This document shows, in pieces, positions 37,100 through 49,585 of a stretch of 64,000 bases of DNA. The DNA comes from Squalus acanthias (lineage: Eukaryota), in NCBI GenBank assembly GCA_030390025.1, contig CM059432.1, positions 86,244,001 through 86,308,000 on the forward strand, read 5' to 3'. A model generated the notes under the pieces. That model did not search any database and was not told where the DNA came from. It saw only the letters and a list, made by a program, of their open reading frames with translations. Made by a program: the position numbers and the translations under genes. The first letter of the stretch is position 1; the number at the start of each line of letters is the position of its first letter.

Positions 37100-38545
37100 G
37101 TAGGTTGTCATCAGCTAATCCTTAACCGGATAAAACTGGCTTTAGAAGCCGCCCTCACAAACAAGCAGGCGGGCTTCAGAGAGGGAAAAAGCTGCTCTGA
37201 CTAGGTCCTTGCACTCACTACCAACATTGAGGCAAGGTTCTAGAAGCAGCTGAAGACTCGGCATACGACACGGTCTGGCATGAAAGTCTGCTACTGAAGC
37301 ATTCAATAATCATCCAATACCGCAAGACCCTCAGGCTTATCAACACCCTAACAAGCAACCGTAAGTTCTGCGTCTATCTTAGTGACAAGACCAGCCGAAC
37401 ACAGATGCTCAACAACGGTCTGCCACAGGGGACGGTGCTTGCACCGGCCTTTTTCAACACCTATAAGGCGGACATGCCCTGCACCAAATCCTGGAAGTTC
37501 GCATATGCCGATGACATAGCACTGCTGACGCAGGCATCAACGCTAGAAGAAACAAGTAGGATGCTAACAAGTGATCTGGACCTACTGGAACGCTACTTTC
37601 GGATCTGGCGCCTCCACACCAATCCAGAGAAAACAGTTGTGTTGACGTTCTATCTGAACAACAACTCCGCCGCGAAAGAAGTCAACGTTTCATTCTGCGG
37701 AAGGTGACTTATCCATGAACTGCACCCAAAATACCAGGACTCTCACCTATCGGCCTCATCTCACCAATACCGGCCAAAAAGTAAAAGCCAGGGTGAACCT
37801 GGTCTGGAAACTCGCTGGAACGTCATGGAGGAGCACAGCCAGAACTTCGCACCACAACAGTGGCCCTAGTCTACTCTGCTGCAGAATACTGCTTTGCCTC
37901 ATGGTTCTGCAGTCGCCACACAAAGACTGTGGACATGCAGCTAAACGCCGCCATGAGGACGGTGTCAGGGATGCACAAGTCCACTCCAACTGAATGGCTC
38001 CCAGTGCTGTCCCACATTGCCGTGCTTGCCATTCGCCACGACGCCACCGTGCTCCGTGAGATGGAAAAGATCATGAGCAACACCGACCTTCCCATTCACG
38101 AAGACTTGAAAAACCCACCATGAAAGCACTTAAAATCACGCCGGCCATTCTGGGAAACAGCAGCCAATATTCACGCAGCTGGTATCGACCCATTATCCAG
38201 ATGGATGGAATCGTGGGACGCATGCAACATAAAGAACCAACACCTCATCACTAACCCAACAGCAGAGGTCCCTGGCTTCGACCTCCCTCAAAGACAGTGG
38301 ACAGCGCTCAACCAAATCCGCACAGGGCATGGACAATGCGGCCACCTGCTCCACAAGTGGCAGATGAGTGATGACCCAAAGTGCGGCTGTGGCCAGGAGT
38401 CTCAGACCATGGAACACATCACATCAACCTGCCCACTAAGAACTGTTGCGGGAGGCACCTCATTTCTCCACTCGGCATCTCAGGAGGCCATCGAGTGGAT
38501 AGCCCTACTAGACATCCCATTATAAGCTTTTCCCGTCATACGAAA
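37100..38545 (+). mobile_element. 5'-truncated Vingi/Ingi-clade LINE (RT plus C-terminal CCHC), degraded
   Basis: QAGFREGKSC, NGLPQGTVLAP, AYADDIAL, ALVYSAAEYC, PGFDLP..QW..LN.IRTG.G.C, CGCG..QTMEH...C; CATACGAAA end. Confidence 0.8.
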
Positions 38546-38548
38546 CAA

Positions 38549-39270
38549 GGGGGAAAAATTGAGTCGCACCCAAAAAAATTAGCGCCCCCGCGGCCGAAAT
38601 TCACCGGTAGCGCACCAAGAGGGAAGCGGGGTGCTACTAGAAGCGCTCCACCTCCCTCTTGGGGCGCTGCGAGTGAATATCGTGGTGCTACATGCCGCAG
38701 CGCCACGAGATGCGGCATGTCGCGCCGCGGTACTGCAGGCCTTCCTCCCCCTCTTAAAGGGGAGGGGCCTAGTGCAGCACAACCTGGGACCCAGCTGGGC
38801 CACCAGGGATCAGATTGCTGGCAAAAGAGCCCGGCACTCAAGAGAAGTGCCGGGCTCACAGAGCGCAGCCGGCACTCCGCGGGGGCTGCAGAAGAGGCCG
38901 GGGACGGCAGAGGGGGCAGGTGCTGGCAGGCGGCCAGCAACAAAAATGGCTGCCTGGCACCTTCCCTTTAATTAGCACCGCCCCGGCCGCAGGTAGGCCC
39001 CCCCTGACCCCGTCGGACATAGCGTCCGGCGGTAATCAGGGGTTGCTGCCGAAGATCGCAGCCGGGGCACGAATTGGGCACTGCACACAGCGATGACGTC
39101 ATCACCGGCGGCGCAGCACCACGGGGCGCTAACGGTTGCCGCCGCTAACTTCCCGCTGAATTTCGCAGGAGGTGTTGACAGCGCCGCGCCCAGGCGCGAG
39201 TTGCTTTGTGCTCCGTTAACGCCCTCTTAGGGCGCTAACGGGAGGTGCAAAGCAACCGAATTTTTAGGCC
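38549..39270. mobile_element. Harbinger MITE (family B)
   Basis: TIRs GGGGGAAAAATT / AATTTTTAGGCC; TSD CAA; subtermini match 17175 and 34861. Confidence 0.9.
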
Positions 39271-39379
39271 CAAGTCCCTACGTCCCTTTATATATTTCTC
39301 AGCAGCCCTCAAGATTGAGGACTGTTCAGTCACACTGAGTCAATGTGCACAGAGAGCATATTCTAACAATTTAAATCAT

Positions 39380-40326
39380 TGAATCATAGAATCATAGGAT
39401 GGTTACAGCATGGAAGAAGGTCATTCGGCCTGTCGAGCCGTGCCGGCTCTCTGCAAGATCACTTCAGCTTGTCCCACACCCCCGCCCTTTCCCTGTAGCC
39501 CTGCAAATTTTTTTCCTTCAGGTACTTATCCAACTCCCTTTTGAAAGCTGTGATTGAGTCTGCCTCCACCACCCTTTCAGGCATTGCATTCCAGATCCTA
39601 ACCACTCGCTGAGTAAAAAAGTTTTTCCTCATGTCGCCTTTGGTTCTTCTGCGTATCACCTTAAATCTGTGTCCTCTGGTTCTTGACCCTTCTGCCAATG
39701 GGAACAGTTTCTCTCTATCTACTCTGTCCAGACCCCTCATGATTTTGAACACCTCTATCAAATCTCCTCTCAATCTTCTCTGCTCTAAGGAGAACAATCC
39801 CAGCTTCTCCAGTCTATCCACGTACCTGAAGTCCCTCATTCCTGGAATCATTCTCATAAATCTTTTCTACACCCTTTCTAAGGCCTTCACATCCTTCCTA
39901 AAGTGTGGTGCCCAGAATTGGACACAATACTCCAGTTGAGGCCGAACCAGTGTTTTATACAGGTTCATCATAATTTCCGCGCTTTTGTACTCTATACCTC
40001 TATTCATAAAGCCCAGGATCCCATATGCTTTTTTAACTGCTTTCTCAACCTGCCCTGCCGCCTTCATCGATTTGTGCACATATACTCCAAGGTCTCTCTG
40101 CTCATGCACCTCCTTTAGGATTGTACCCTCCAATTTATATTTCCTCTCTTCATTCTTTCTACCAAAATGTATCACTTCACACTTTGCTGTGTTAAATTTC
40201 ATCTGTCACGTGTCTGCCATTCCACCAGCCTGTCTATGTCTTCTTCAAGTCTATCACTATCCTCCTCACTGTTCACTATACTTCCAAGTTTAGTGTCATC
40301 TGCAAATTTTGAAATTGTGCCCTGTA
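39380..40326 (-). mobile_element. CR1 LINE 3' part (host; resumes 45945-46170)
   Basis: (CATAGAAT)n tail; RPQLEYCVQFWAP. Confidence 0.92.
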
Positions 40327-40972
40327 TGTAAGAATATAAGAACATAAGAAATAGGTGCAGGAGTAGGCCACTCGGCCCCTTGAGCCTGCTCCGCCATTTA
40401 ATGAGATCATGGCTGATCCGATTTTGGCCTCAACTCCACTTTCCTGCCTGTTCCCCATAACCCTTGACTCCCGGTTGCTCAAAAAATCTGTCTATCTCAA
40501 CCTTGAATATATTCAATGACTCAACTTCCACATCTCTCTGGGGTAAAGAATCCAAAGATTCACGACCCTCTGAGAAAAGAAATTCCTCCTCATCTTCGTC
40601 TTAAATGGGCGACCCCTTATTCTGAGACTATGCCCCCTTGTTCTAGATTCCCCCATGAGGGGAAACATCCTCTCAGCATCTACCCTGTCAAGTCCCCTCT
40701 TTTACTCTATCCCCCTTGAAATAAAGGCCAGCATTCCATTTGCCTTCCTAATTACTTGCTGCACCTGCATGTTAACTTTTTGTGTTTCATGTTCGAAGAC
40801 ACCCAAATCCCTCTGTACCGCCACATTCTGTAGTCTTTCTCCATTTAAATAATATTTTTCTTTTCTATTCTTCCTACCAAAGTGGATAACTTCACATTTT
40901 CCCACATTATACTCCATCTGCCAAATTCTTGCCCACTCACCTAATCTATCTATATCCCTTTGCAGACTCTTT

Positions 40973-41768
40973 GGGCTGGATTTTCACAGCCCCGAGGAGG
41001 CGGGTATGGAGGCAGGTGTGGAGGCGGGACTGCCGGTAAAGTAGCAGAAAGTGGGGGCAGATGGCAAACCCGCCCCCATCCTGCCTGCGTGCCCTTTTGC
41101 CAGGAGGCGGGAAGATGTGTTGCTTCGGGTCCCGTCTCCTGGAGGCGGGAAAGGGATTAAATCCTTTTAACTGCCTGTTAAACTGGCAGGTACTTCTGCG
41201 AAATTCAGCGGGAGGTTAGTGGTGGAGGTAACCGTTAGCGCCCCGCAGTGCTGCGCCGCCGGCGATGACGTCATCGGCGTGCGCAGCGCCCTGCTCGCGT
41301 CCCGGCCTCGATCTTCGGTAGCGCCCCCTGACTTAACGCTGGACGCTATGTCCGACGGGGTCGGGGGGCCTACCTGCGGCCGAGGCGGCGCTTTTTAAAG
41401 ATGAGGTGCCGGGCGGCCATTTTTGTTGCTGGCCACTTGCCAGCACCTGCCTCCGCTGCCGTCCCTGGCCTCCTTACCCGCCCCCCCCGCGGAGTGCTGG
41501 CTGCGATCCGTGAGCAGGTGGCCCAGTTGGGCCCTGGTCGTGCTGTGCAAGGCCCCTCCCCTTTAAGAAGGGGAGGAAGGCCTGCAGTACCGCGGCACAT
41601 AGTGCCGCGATATTTCCTCACAGCACTCCAAGAGGGAGGCGGGGCGCTTCTAGTAACGCCCCGCTTCCCTCTTGGGGCGCTACCACTCAATTTCGGCCGC
41701 GGGGGCGCTAAAAGTAGTGCCCCGGCAAAGTTAGCGCCCCAAAGGGGGCGCAAATCAATTTCTCCCCC
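40973..41768. mobile_element. Composite of a family-A MITE end (40973-~41195) and a family-B MITE (~41198-41768)
   Basis: Left part matches the reverse complement of the 26351 end; right part is the reverse complement of 38549-39170. Confidence 0.82.
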
Positions 41769-43025
41769 TATATTTCTTGCTCGTTTACTCTCATAAGCTA
41801 TTTTCTCCCTCTTGATTATTTTTTTAGTCATCCTTTGCTGGTTTCTAAAATTTTCCCAAACTTCTGGCCTACCACTAATCTTTGCAACATTGTATGCCTT
41901 GTCTTTCAATTTGATACCATCCTTAACTTCCTTAGTTAGCCATGGTTGGTTCATCCTTCTCTTCGAGTCTTTCTTTCTCACTGAAATATATCTTTGTTGA
42001 GAGTCATGAAATATCTCTTTAAATGTCTGCCACTGCTTTTCTACCGTCTTACCTTCTAATCTATTTCCCCAGTCCACTTTAGCCAACTCTTTCCTCATAC
42101 CTTTGTAATTGCCTTTATTTAAGTTTAATACTCTAGTTTCAGACCCAAGTTTCTCACCTTCAAACTGAATGTGGAATTCAATCATGTTATGATCACTCTT
42201 CCCTAGAGGATCCTTTACTATGAGATCATTAATTAATCCTGTTTCATTACACATTATCAGTTCTAAAATAGCCTGTTCCCTGGTCGGTTCCACAATGTAT
42301 TGTTCCAAGAAACTGTCCCGAATACACTCTGTGAACTCGTCCTCAAGGCTGCTTTTGCCAATTTGATTTGTCCAATCTATATGAAGATTAAAATCACCCA
42401 CGATTATTGCAGTACCTTTCTTACAAGCCTTCATTATTTCATGATTTATACTCTGTCCTATAGTGTAGCTACTGTTAGGGGCCCTATAGACTACTCCCAC
42501 CAGTGCCTTCTTTCCCTTACTATTTCTTACCTCCACCCAAATTGATTCTGCATCTGGAACTTCCGAGTCAAGATCATTTCTCACTATTGTACTGATCTCA
42601 TCCTTTATTAACAGAGCTACCCCACCTCCTTTTCTTTCTGTCTATCCTTCCGAAATGTCAAATACCCTGAATATTCAGTTCTCAGCCTTGGTCACATTGC
42701 AACCATGTCTCTGTAATGGCTATTAGGTCATACCCATTCATTTCTATTTGTGCCGTAAATTCATCTATCTTGTTACAAATGCTGTGTGCATTCAGATAAA
42801 GAGCCTTTAATTTTGTCTTTTTATCATTTTTCCCTACTCTGACCTTATTGGCTGGTGCACTCTTATGTTTGTACGCTCTGTCCCTTCCTGTCACAGTCTG
42901 GTTTTCATTGCCCATATCGCTACCCTGCACTATTGCCCTGTCCTTTCTCTTTAACTTTCTAAATTTCCCCTCACTTGTACCCTTCCCCCCCCCCCACTAT
43001 TTAGTTTAAAGCCGTATCTACAGCC

Positions 43026-43958
43026 CTAGTTATTCGATTCGCCAGGACACTGGTCCCAGCATGGTTCAAGTGAAGGCCTGTCCCAACGGAACAGCTTCCT
43101 CTTTCCCCAGTACTGGTGCCAGTGCCCCATGAATCGAAACCCATTTCTCCCACACCAATCCTTGAGCCACGCATTCAACTCTCTGATCTTATTGTCCCTA
43201 TGCCAATTTGCTCGTGGCTCAGGTAGTAATCCAAAGATTATTACCTTTGTGGTTCTGCTTTTTAATTTAGACCCTAGCTGCTCATACTCCCTCAGCAGAA
43301 CCTCTTTCTTAGTCTTACCTATGTCGTTGGTACCTACGTGGACCACGACAACTGGATCCTCCCCCTCCCACTCCAAGTTCCTCTCCAGCCCCGAGGAGAT
43401 GTCCTTAACCCTGGAACCGGGCAGGCAACACAGCCTTCGGGGCTCCAGCTCTCGGCTGCAGAGAACAGTATCTATCCCCCTAACTATACTGTCTCCTACC
43501 ACTACAACACTCCTTTTTACACCCCCCACTTGAATGGCCCTCTGTACCACGGTGCCGTGGTCAGTTTGCTCATCCTCCCTGCAGTCCCTGCTCTCATCCA
43601 CACAGGTTGCAAGAACCTCGTAACTGTTGGACAAGTGCAAGGGATGAGGCTCCTCCAATGCTACCTCCTGGATCTCCATACCTGCCTCACTCGCAGTCAC
43701 ACACTCTTGTCCCTGACCACGGGCCAAATCTGAAGTATTTACCCTAAGGGGTGTGACTGCCTCCTGGAACAAAGTGTCCAGGTAACTTTCTCCCTCCCTG
43801 ATGTATCGCAATGTCCGCAGCTCGGACTCCAACTCATCAACTCTGAGCCGAAGTTCCTCGAGCTGCACACACTTACTGCAGATGTAGTCGTTTTGGATCA
43901 CACTGGTGTCCACCAGCTCCCACATGCTACAGCTGCAACACATCACCTGCCTTGCCAT
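43026..43958 (-). CDS. CR1 ORF1 protein (zinc finger, coiled coil, SGNH/GDSL esterase-like), C-terminus probably frameshifted
   Basis: CxxCxMW..CxxC, LRLRVDELESEL, VVGDSIVRG, LPGSRV, HVGTND. Confidence 0.88.
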   Translation of the reverse strand: MARQVMCCSCSMWELVDTSVIQNDYICSKCVQLEELRLRVDELESELRTLRYIREGESYLDTLFQEAVTPLRVNTSDLARGQGQECVTASEAGMEIQEVALEEPHPLHLSNSYEVLATCVDESRDCREDEQTDHGTVVQRAIQVGGVKRSVVVVGDSIVRGIDTVLCSRELEPRRLCCLPGSRVKDISSGLERNLEWEGEDPVVVVHVGTNDIGKTKKEVLLREYEQLGSKLKSRTTKVIIFGLLPEPRANWHRDNKIRELNAWLKDWCGRNGFRFMGHWHQYWGKRKLFRWDRPSLEPCWDQCPGESNN

Positions 43959-44292
43959 CTCTATTGTATTTTATTTAATTAATTACGTCAATATCAATCA
44001 ATTGGCTATTTATAGTTTTAATCTAGGTAAACTAGGTAATAACCTTGTTTAATTTATTAAATTTATTAAAATAAGTTTAGTTAGTTGTAACTTTAGTTAT
44101 ATGCTATATATCTTTACTGTAACCTAGCCCTCAGTCCTAAGAGAAAAGAAATACTCACCATCAATCACCTACCTGCTTACCTGTGATGTCACACTTTGAT
44201 TTTTTTTTTGTTATTGAATTGGAGCCTCACTGCTCCTCCCCCGCTGGATCTGCTTTCAGCCTCCTCTCGCTCCTCTTTATTCTGCTCCCGCT

Positions 44293-45923
44293 TGTAAAGT
44301 TTCGCAATTATCGCGATTCGAAATAACATAAGAGAGGCAGATTCGTTTGATCAGTTTTATTAAACGAAATGCTGTCCTGATAATAAAGGACACAGAAGCC
44401 TGTAAAATGGCCGCCGCGCATCGTGGCAGAAGCTTCCAGAAATACAGTGGGCAGACAAGATGGCGTCGAATAAACATTCAATATAAGATTGGATCATACT
44501 CGATAAACACTGATAAAGACAGGATGCAACCTGTTTGCATTTGTGACAATAGCAAAGATATAAGTGCTGGAATCGTTTTCCATGCACAAGTAAGGACCAT
44601 TGTACTGGGCAATCGAAGGCCCATCCAGACACATCAATACACAAATACCCCCACGGCTCTACAATGAGAGAGACATCGACGGGTGATTAAGCAAGTATTC
44701 GGGGGCCCCCAAAACCAGTCAGGGAGGACGATTCATACAATCCTGGCTGGGTCAACAATGGGGAAAACATTAACGGGTAGTTGGCCAGTTTCAGGTGCTA
44801 CCGAAACCCGTTAAAGAGAAGAATCGCCCCATGCTGGGAGTTTTGAGCGCCAATATTACACAAAGGACAAACATTAAGATTTGAGCGGGAGATAAGGGAA
44901 CACAGCACTATAACTATAGTGAACAAATGTCCATCGCTCTCTTATTCTCTTATTCTGATCCTCGGGTATCGCTCTGCTGGACGAGCAGCCTTCTGTGTTT
45001 CTCTGGACTTTGTTGACTCTTGACTTTTAGCCGTACTGGTCGGTTATTCGAATGTTGGGTGGAGCTCAATCGGAACGAGCCGCCCCGACAAGGGCAAGTG
45101 ACCGGGTGCACCATCCCGAGTGTCGGTAAACGGTGTCTGGACCCGGAGGCCCGAAGAGACGAGACGAGACGAGAAGAAGAGGAGAAGAATCCACGTGCCG
45201 CCACGGTCAGTAAACCCCGACCGCGCCCGAAAATATAATAAAGAACTTTTCATTGAAGTCTACCGACAACCGGTGTCGAGCACAGGAAGACTCTTCTTTG
45301 AATTTTACAAACGTTTCCGAGTCCTACCGAGTTCTTCATGACAACAGAGAGTCTGGCCTGCTTGTCGCAGCAGCAAAAGTAAACAAGTGGGGTACAGAGA
45401 CCCTTCCAACCACGTGACAGTCAGGCGCTGCAGCGAAACGAGCCGAGTGCCTCACTTTAAAATTCTCGAAGTAACACGAGTGGTGAGCATGTTTCGCGAT
45501 CCTACAAATCTAGACGTAGTGTAGGTATTGTTAAGGGAGGGTGGTTATTAAGGTTAAAGTATAATGTGTTCCCCTTTTTACGATGTGCCGTGCGTTCTTC
45601 ATTTCCATAGACCAAGCTTTATGAATGTATGTATACTTGTACTCTCGTTAATTTGCGCCTATGACATGTACTTCATGATTTTGGACGCTATGCAATAAAG
45701 ATTTCCATTTCGTACTATTCAACCGGGTCTATTTGAGTTTTCTCTGCATTACTGCTCCCTGCACCTAAGTCCAGTGTTAGAACCGTAAGGGCGAGTGGGT
45801 CGAACCACTCACAGGTGCTTATTGCAAAAAGGCTGGCCGGAGACCAGAGCAAGCAATAGTATTAGGCAACGAAGGCCTAACCTCGTACCAGCACCGTCTG
45901 AGACACAGGCACAAACCCTTACA
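44293..45923 (+). mobile_element. Solo LTR (1631 bp) inserted in the CR1 5'UTR
   Basis: TGTAA...TTACA termini; 4-bp TSD CGCT; AATAAA at 45694. Confidence 0.88.
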
Positions 45924-47454
45924 CGCTGCCGCTCCAGTTCCGCCCAAGACTATCACTATCCTCCTCACTGTTCACTTTACTTCCAAGTTTTGTGTCATCT
46001 GCAAATTTTGAAATTGTGCCCTGTACACCCACATCCAAGTCATTAATATATATCAAGAAAAGCAGTGGTGCTTGAACCGACCCCTGAGGAACACCACTGT
46101 ATACCTTCCTCCAGTCCGAAAAACAACCGTTCACCACTACTCTCTGTTTCCTGTCACTCAGCCAATTTCATATTGACTTGATCTTGCTGACAGGGGCAAG
46201 GCTAGGTCAGTATACGGGAGCAAGGGTTCCACCGTTACTGTGACAAGCTTTAATGCCAATATTTCACAGGGTGATTTTACCCAAACGACTGCAATTTTGT
46301 TTGTATAAATATTGTTTTCCTTATAACGTTTCTTTTTCTTTTTCCTGATTTCTTTTCTTCACATTTTGCACGGAAATCTCAGGTCAATCATAAATCACAT
46401 TTCATACTGCTACAAGATGAGTAGTAATTTATGTTTATCTTGAGAAGGATTATAGTAGTTATGTCATCTAAATTTCAGTTTTGTCTGTCACCAAAAGATT
46501 ATAACAAATAATCTCGAGTATTAGAGTACAGAGATGGCTTTATAGTATTGAAATTACATTCCTCAATTAAATTATCCCTCACTACCCTGGCTGCAGCTAG
46601 GATCCTGATCATGAAAAGCAAACTGAGGTAGCTTTGTCATTTCCATGGTGCACAATGTCCAGTTAGAAAGTTCCACCATGAAGCCATGCTGTATGAAAAT
46701 ATGAAAAATCCACAGTATAAGTGCACAGAATTGCCTGTTCAAAAACGGAGAATTGCCTTTTTGGATAGCCTGCAACTGATATATGCAAATTAGGTCAGGA
46801 CACTTGTTAAATTGTTTAATTACATTGCTCAACCTGTTGTCCCATTTCTGCAGAAACACAGGAGTGGCAAGTGTAGGAACATGCACAAGTGGCAGCAAAA
46901 AATGGCCTGGCGGTTGAGAACTGATTTCAATGCCAGATTGAGAGCAGCAAGACTGGATGAGATGGGAAGCATTAGTTTTTAAGGCAGGGACTTTTGATAA
47001 TGGGCTGAAACAACAATGGGGCATCCACAGCAGGGCCCAAGCAGGAGCAGCCATACAGGATAAAAAATAACAGGAAGGAAGGCAAAATGGTTGTAGCAAG
47101 ATCATTATTCACATAAAATAGCAGTAAAGAGAATAAAACAGAGGGAAGGAAGCAAGATTAAACACAAATATTTAAAAAGTTTCAAATTAATTTTAAAAGT
47201 CACTTACCCAAGAAGGAAAAAAACAAAAACAAGATGGCGACTGAACTGGAAGACAACTCAACTCAGAAATTTCTTCCACAGCCTCCTGATTTCCATTATA
47301 AATGCAGACACAGAAATTTAAAATGGGGAAAAGTTGACACAAAAAGTATGACAAAAATCTGACAACAGGAAGTCAAATGGTGCAAACAGGAAGCATGCAC
47401 AGATGCAACATTTTCAATATATACCTTGATTTTTATATTGCTAGTCACAGGAAT

Positions 47455-47790
47455 ATAAGACAGGAGTAGGCCATTCAGCCCCTCGAGCCTGTTTTGCCAT
47501 TCAATTAGATCGTGGCTGATCTGTATCTTAATTCCATTTACCTACCTTGGTTCGTAACCTTTAATACCCTTGCCTAAAACAAATCTATCCTTTTAAATAA
47601 TTTTTTGTACCTATCCACTAATTTTTAGTGATTTCTGCACATGGACCGCTAAATCTCTCTGCTCCTCCACAGTTCCTAGCTTCCCACCATTTAGAAAATA
47701 CTCTGACCTATCTTTCTTAGGTCCAAAGTGGACGACCTCACACTTCCTCACATTAAACTCCATCTACCGCAGTTTTGTCAATCTCCTGTG
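47455..47790 (-). mobile_element. CR1 3' fragments
   Basis: CR1 3'UTR and remnant of FNVRKCEV coding. Confidence 0.75.
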
Positions 47791-48544
47791 GTGTTGCACA
47801 CATTAAGTCACAGAAAATGAGCTCGCTCTTACCCCTGTCTCTGCTGTCTTTGTGATGCTGCTTTTTTTCTGTCTCTTCTCTTCTGTTTATGTCCCTCTTT
47901 ATCTTTCTCTTCTGCTTCTCTCTCATCTCTTTTTCTTTTCAGGAAGCAACATGGTGTGGTGTAGTGTAGTGTAGGGAAAAGAGCCACCAATGATTGCAGA
48001 CTACCTTTAGGATGGGGGTTGCAGGTAAAATATATCCTTTCATGGCTCCTATCTTATCCCTTCCCTTAAAAGCTCATACTTCCTTCCTACTCTTCACTTC
48101 CGTTGCGTCCCCTACCCCTTCACCTCAGCCCTGTATCATATCCTTCTTCTTGCCCTGCTGTCACGCAGCTCACCCTTAACCCTCCATCCATCTTCCCCAT
48201 TCAAAGTCACTTCCCCCAAGGGCAGGTGGCAAGAGGCGTCCTTAGCAACCGGTTTTCATCCTCCCATTCTGTCCATTGTTATTCATTTCCCTCAGTAATA
48301 TGCCGTATAAAATTCAATTAAAAAAAAAACTCTCCTCCTCTTAGTCTGCCTTATAGATGTTAGGAATTAGCAATTACCTTTTTTTTTAACAAAGCATAGA
48401 TGAGATAATGAATTTCCTCCAAAACTTAAGTTATTTTGAAAATTGAATATTTGCTTAAAGAAAGACATTTTTTTCTCGTACACTTTCTGAAGTGTATAGA
48501 ACATACAGTGCACTGTTGTTTTTACTATTTCTCTCAGAAACTAT

Positions 48545-49200
48545 TTCTGACCAGAAACTTAACCAGACCAACCACATAAATACCGTGGCTACAAGAGCAA
48601 GTCAGAGGCTAGATATTCTGCAGCGAGTGTCTTACCTCCTAACTCCCCAAAGCCTTTTCATCGTCTACAAGGCACAAGTCAGGAGTGACATGGAATACTC
48701 TCCACTTGCCTGAATGAGTGCAGCTCCAACCACACTCAAGAAGTTCGACACCATCCAGGACAAAGCAGCCTGCTTGATTGGCACCCCATCCACCACCTTA
48801 AACATTCACTCCCTCCACCACCGGCGTACCGTGGCTGCAGTGTGTACCATCTACAAGATGCACTGCAGCAACTCCCCAAGGCTTCTTGAGCAGTAACTCC
48901 CAAACCCGCAACCTCTACCACCTAGAAGGGCAAGGACAGCAGGTGCATGGAAACACCATCACCTCCAAGTTCCCCATCAAGTGACACAGCATCCTGACTT
49001 GGAAATATATCGTCGTTCCTTCATCGTCGCTGGGTCAGAATCCTTGAACTCCCTCCCTAACAGCACTGTGGAAGTACCTTCACCACACGGACTGCAGCAG
49101 TTCAAGAAGGTGGCTCACCACTACCTTCTCAAGGGCAATTAGCGGTGGGCAATAAATGCTGGCCTTGCCAGCGATGCCCACATCCCAGGAACGAATAAAA
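48545..49200 (+). mobile_element. L2/CR1-group LINE 3' portion
   Basis: YKAQVRS.MEYSPLA, HSLHHRRTVAA. Confidence 0.82.
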
Positions 49201-49585
49201 AAAATACTAGCTGATCCACCATGATGCTGCATATAGGGAGTTAATATCAAGTGCAGGAGGAGGCAGGAGGACTGACTGACTGCTAAGCAAGGAAAAAAGG
49301 AAGGAAACATTGGTTAACCGGATTTGGGGGGGGGGGGGGGGGCATTACAATATTTGGAGCCAAATTATTACAATAAAGTGCTGCAACATTGCTAAAGATT
49401 AATTTAATGAGGAAATCATTTGCTGGAACGAAACTGTGTCAATTTTGTTGCAAGTAGTATTACAGGATGCAGTAGATATTCAGAAGATCATGTACAATAT
49501 GAATGCTGTCAATTAAGAGCATACACCACCACCTCCAGAGCTTAGTGAATCTGCAGACATATGTCATGAACTGGTTACAGATTAT

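Larger units (their letters stand above)
40327..45944 (-). mobile_element. Near full-length CR1 LINE (5'UTR, ORF1, APE, RT 3' part) with internal deletions, MITE and LTR insertions
   Basis: Tail at 40327; APE motifs AITETW, YRAPN, VGDFN, SDH; ORF1; flanked by an 81-bp duplication. Confidence 0.9.

Noticed and set aside
46572..47105. 177-aa minus-strand ORF and nearby exon-like stretches
   Set aside because: No recognisable domain and weak splice donors; not supportable
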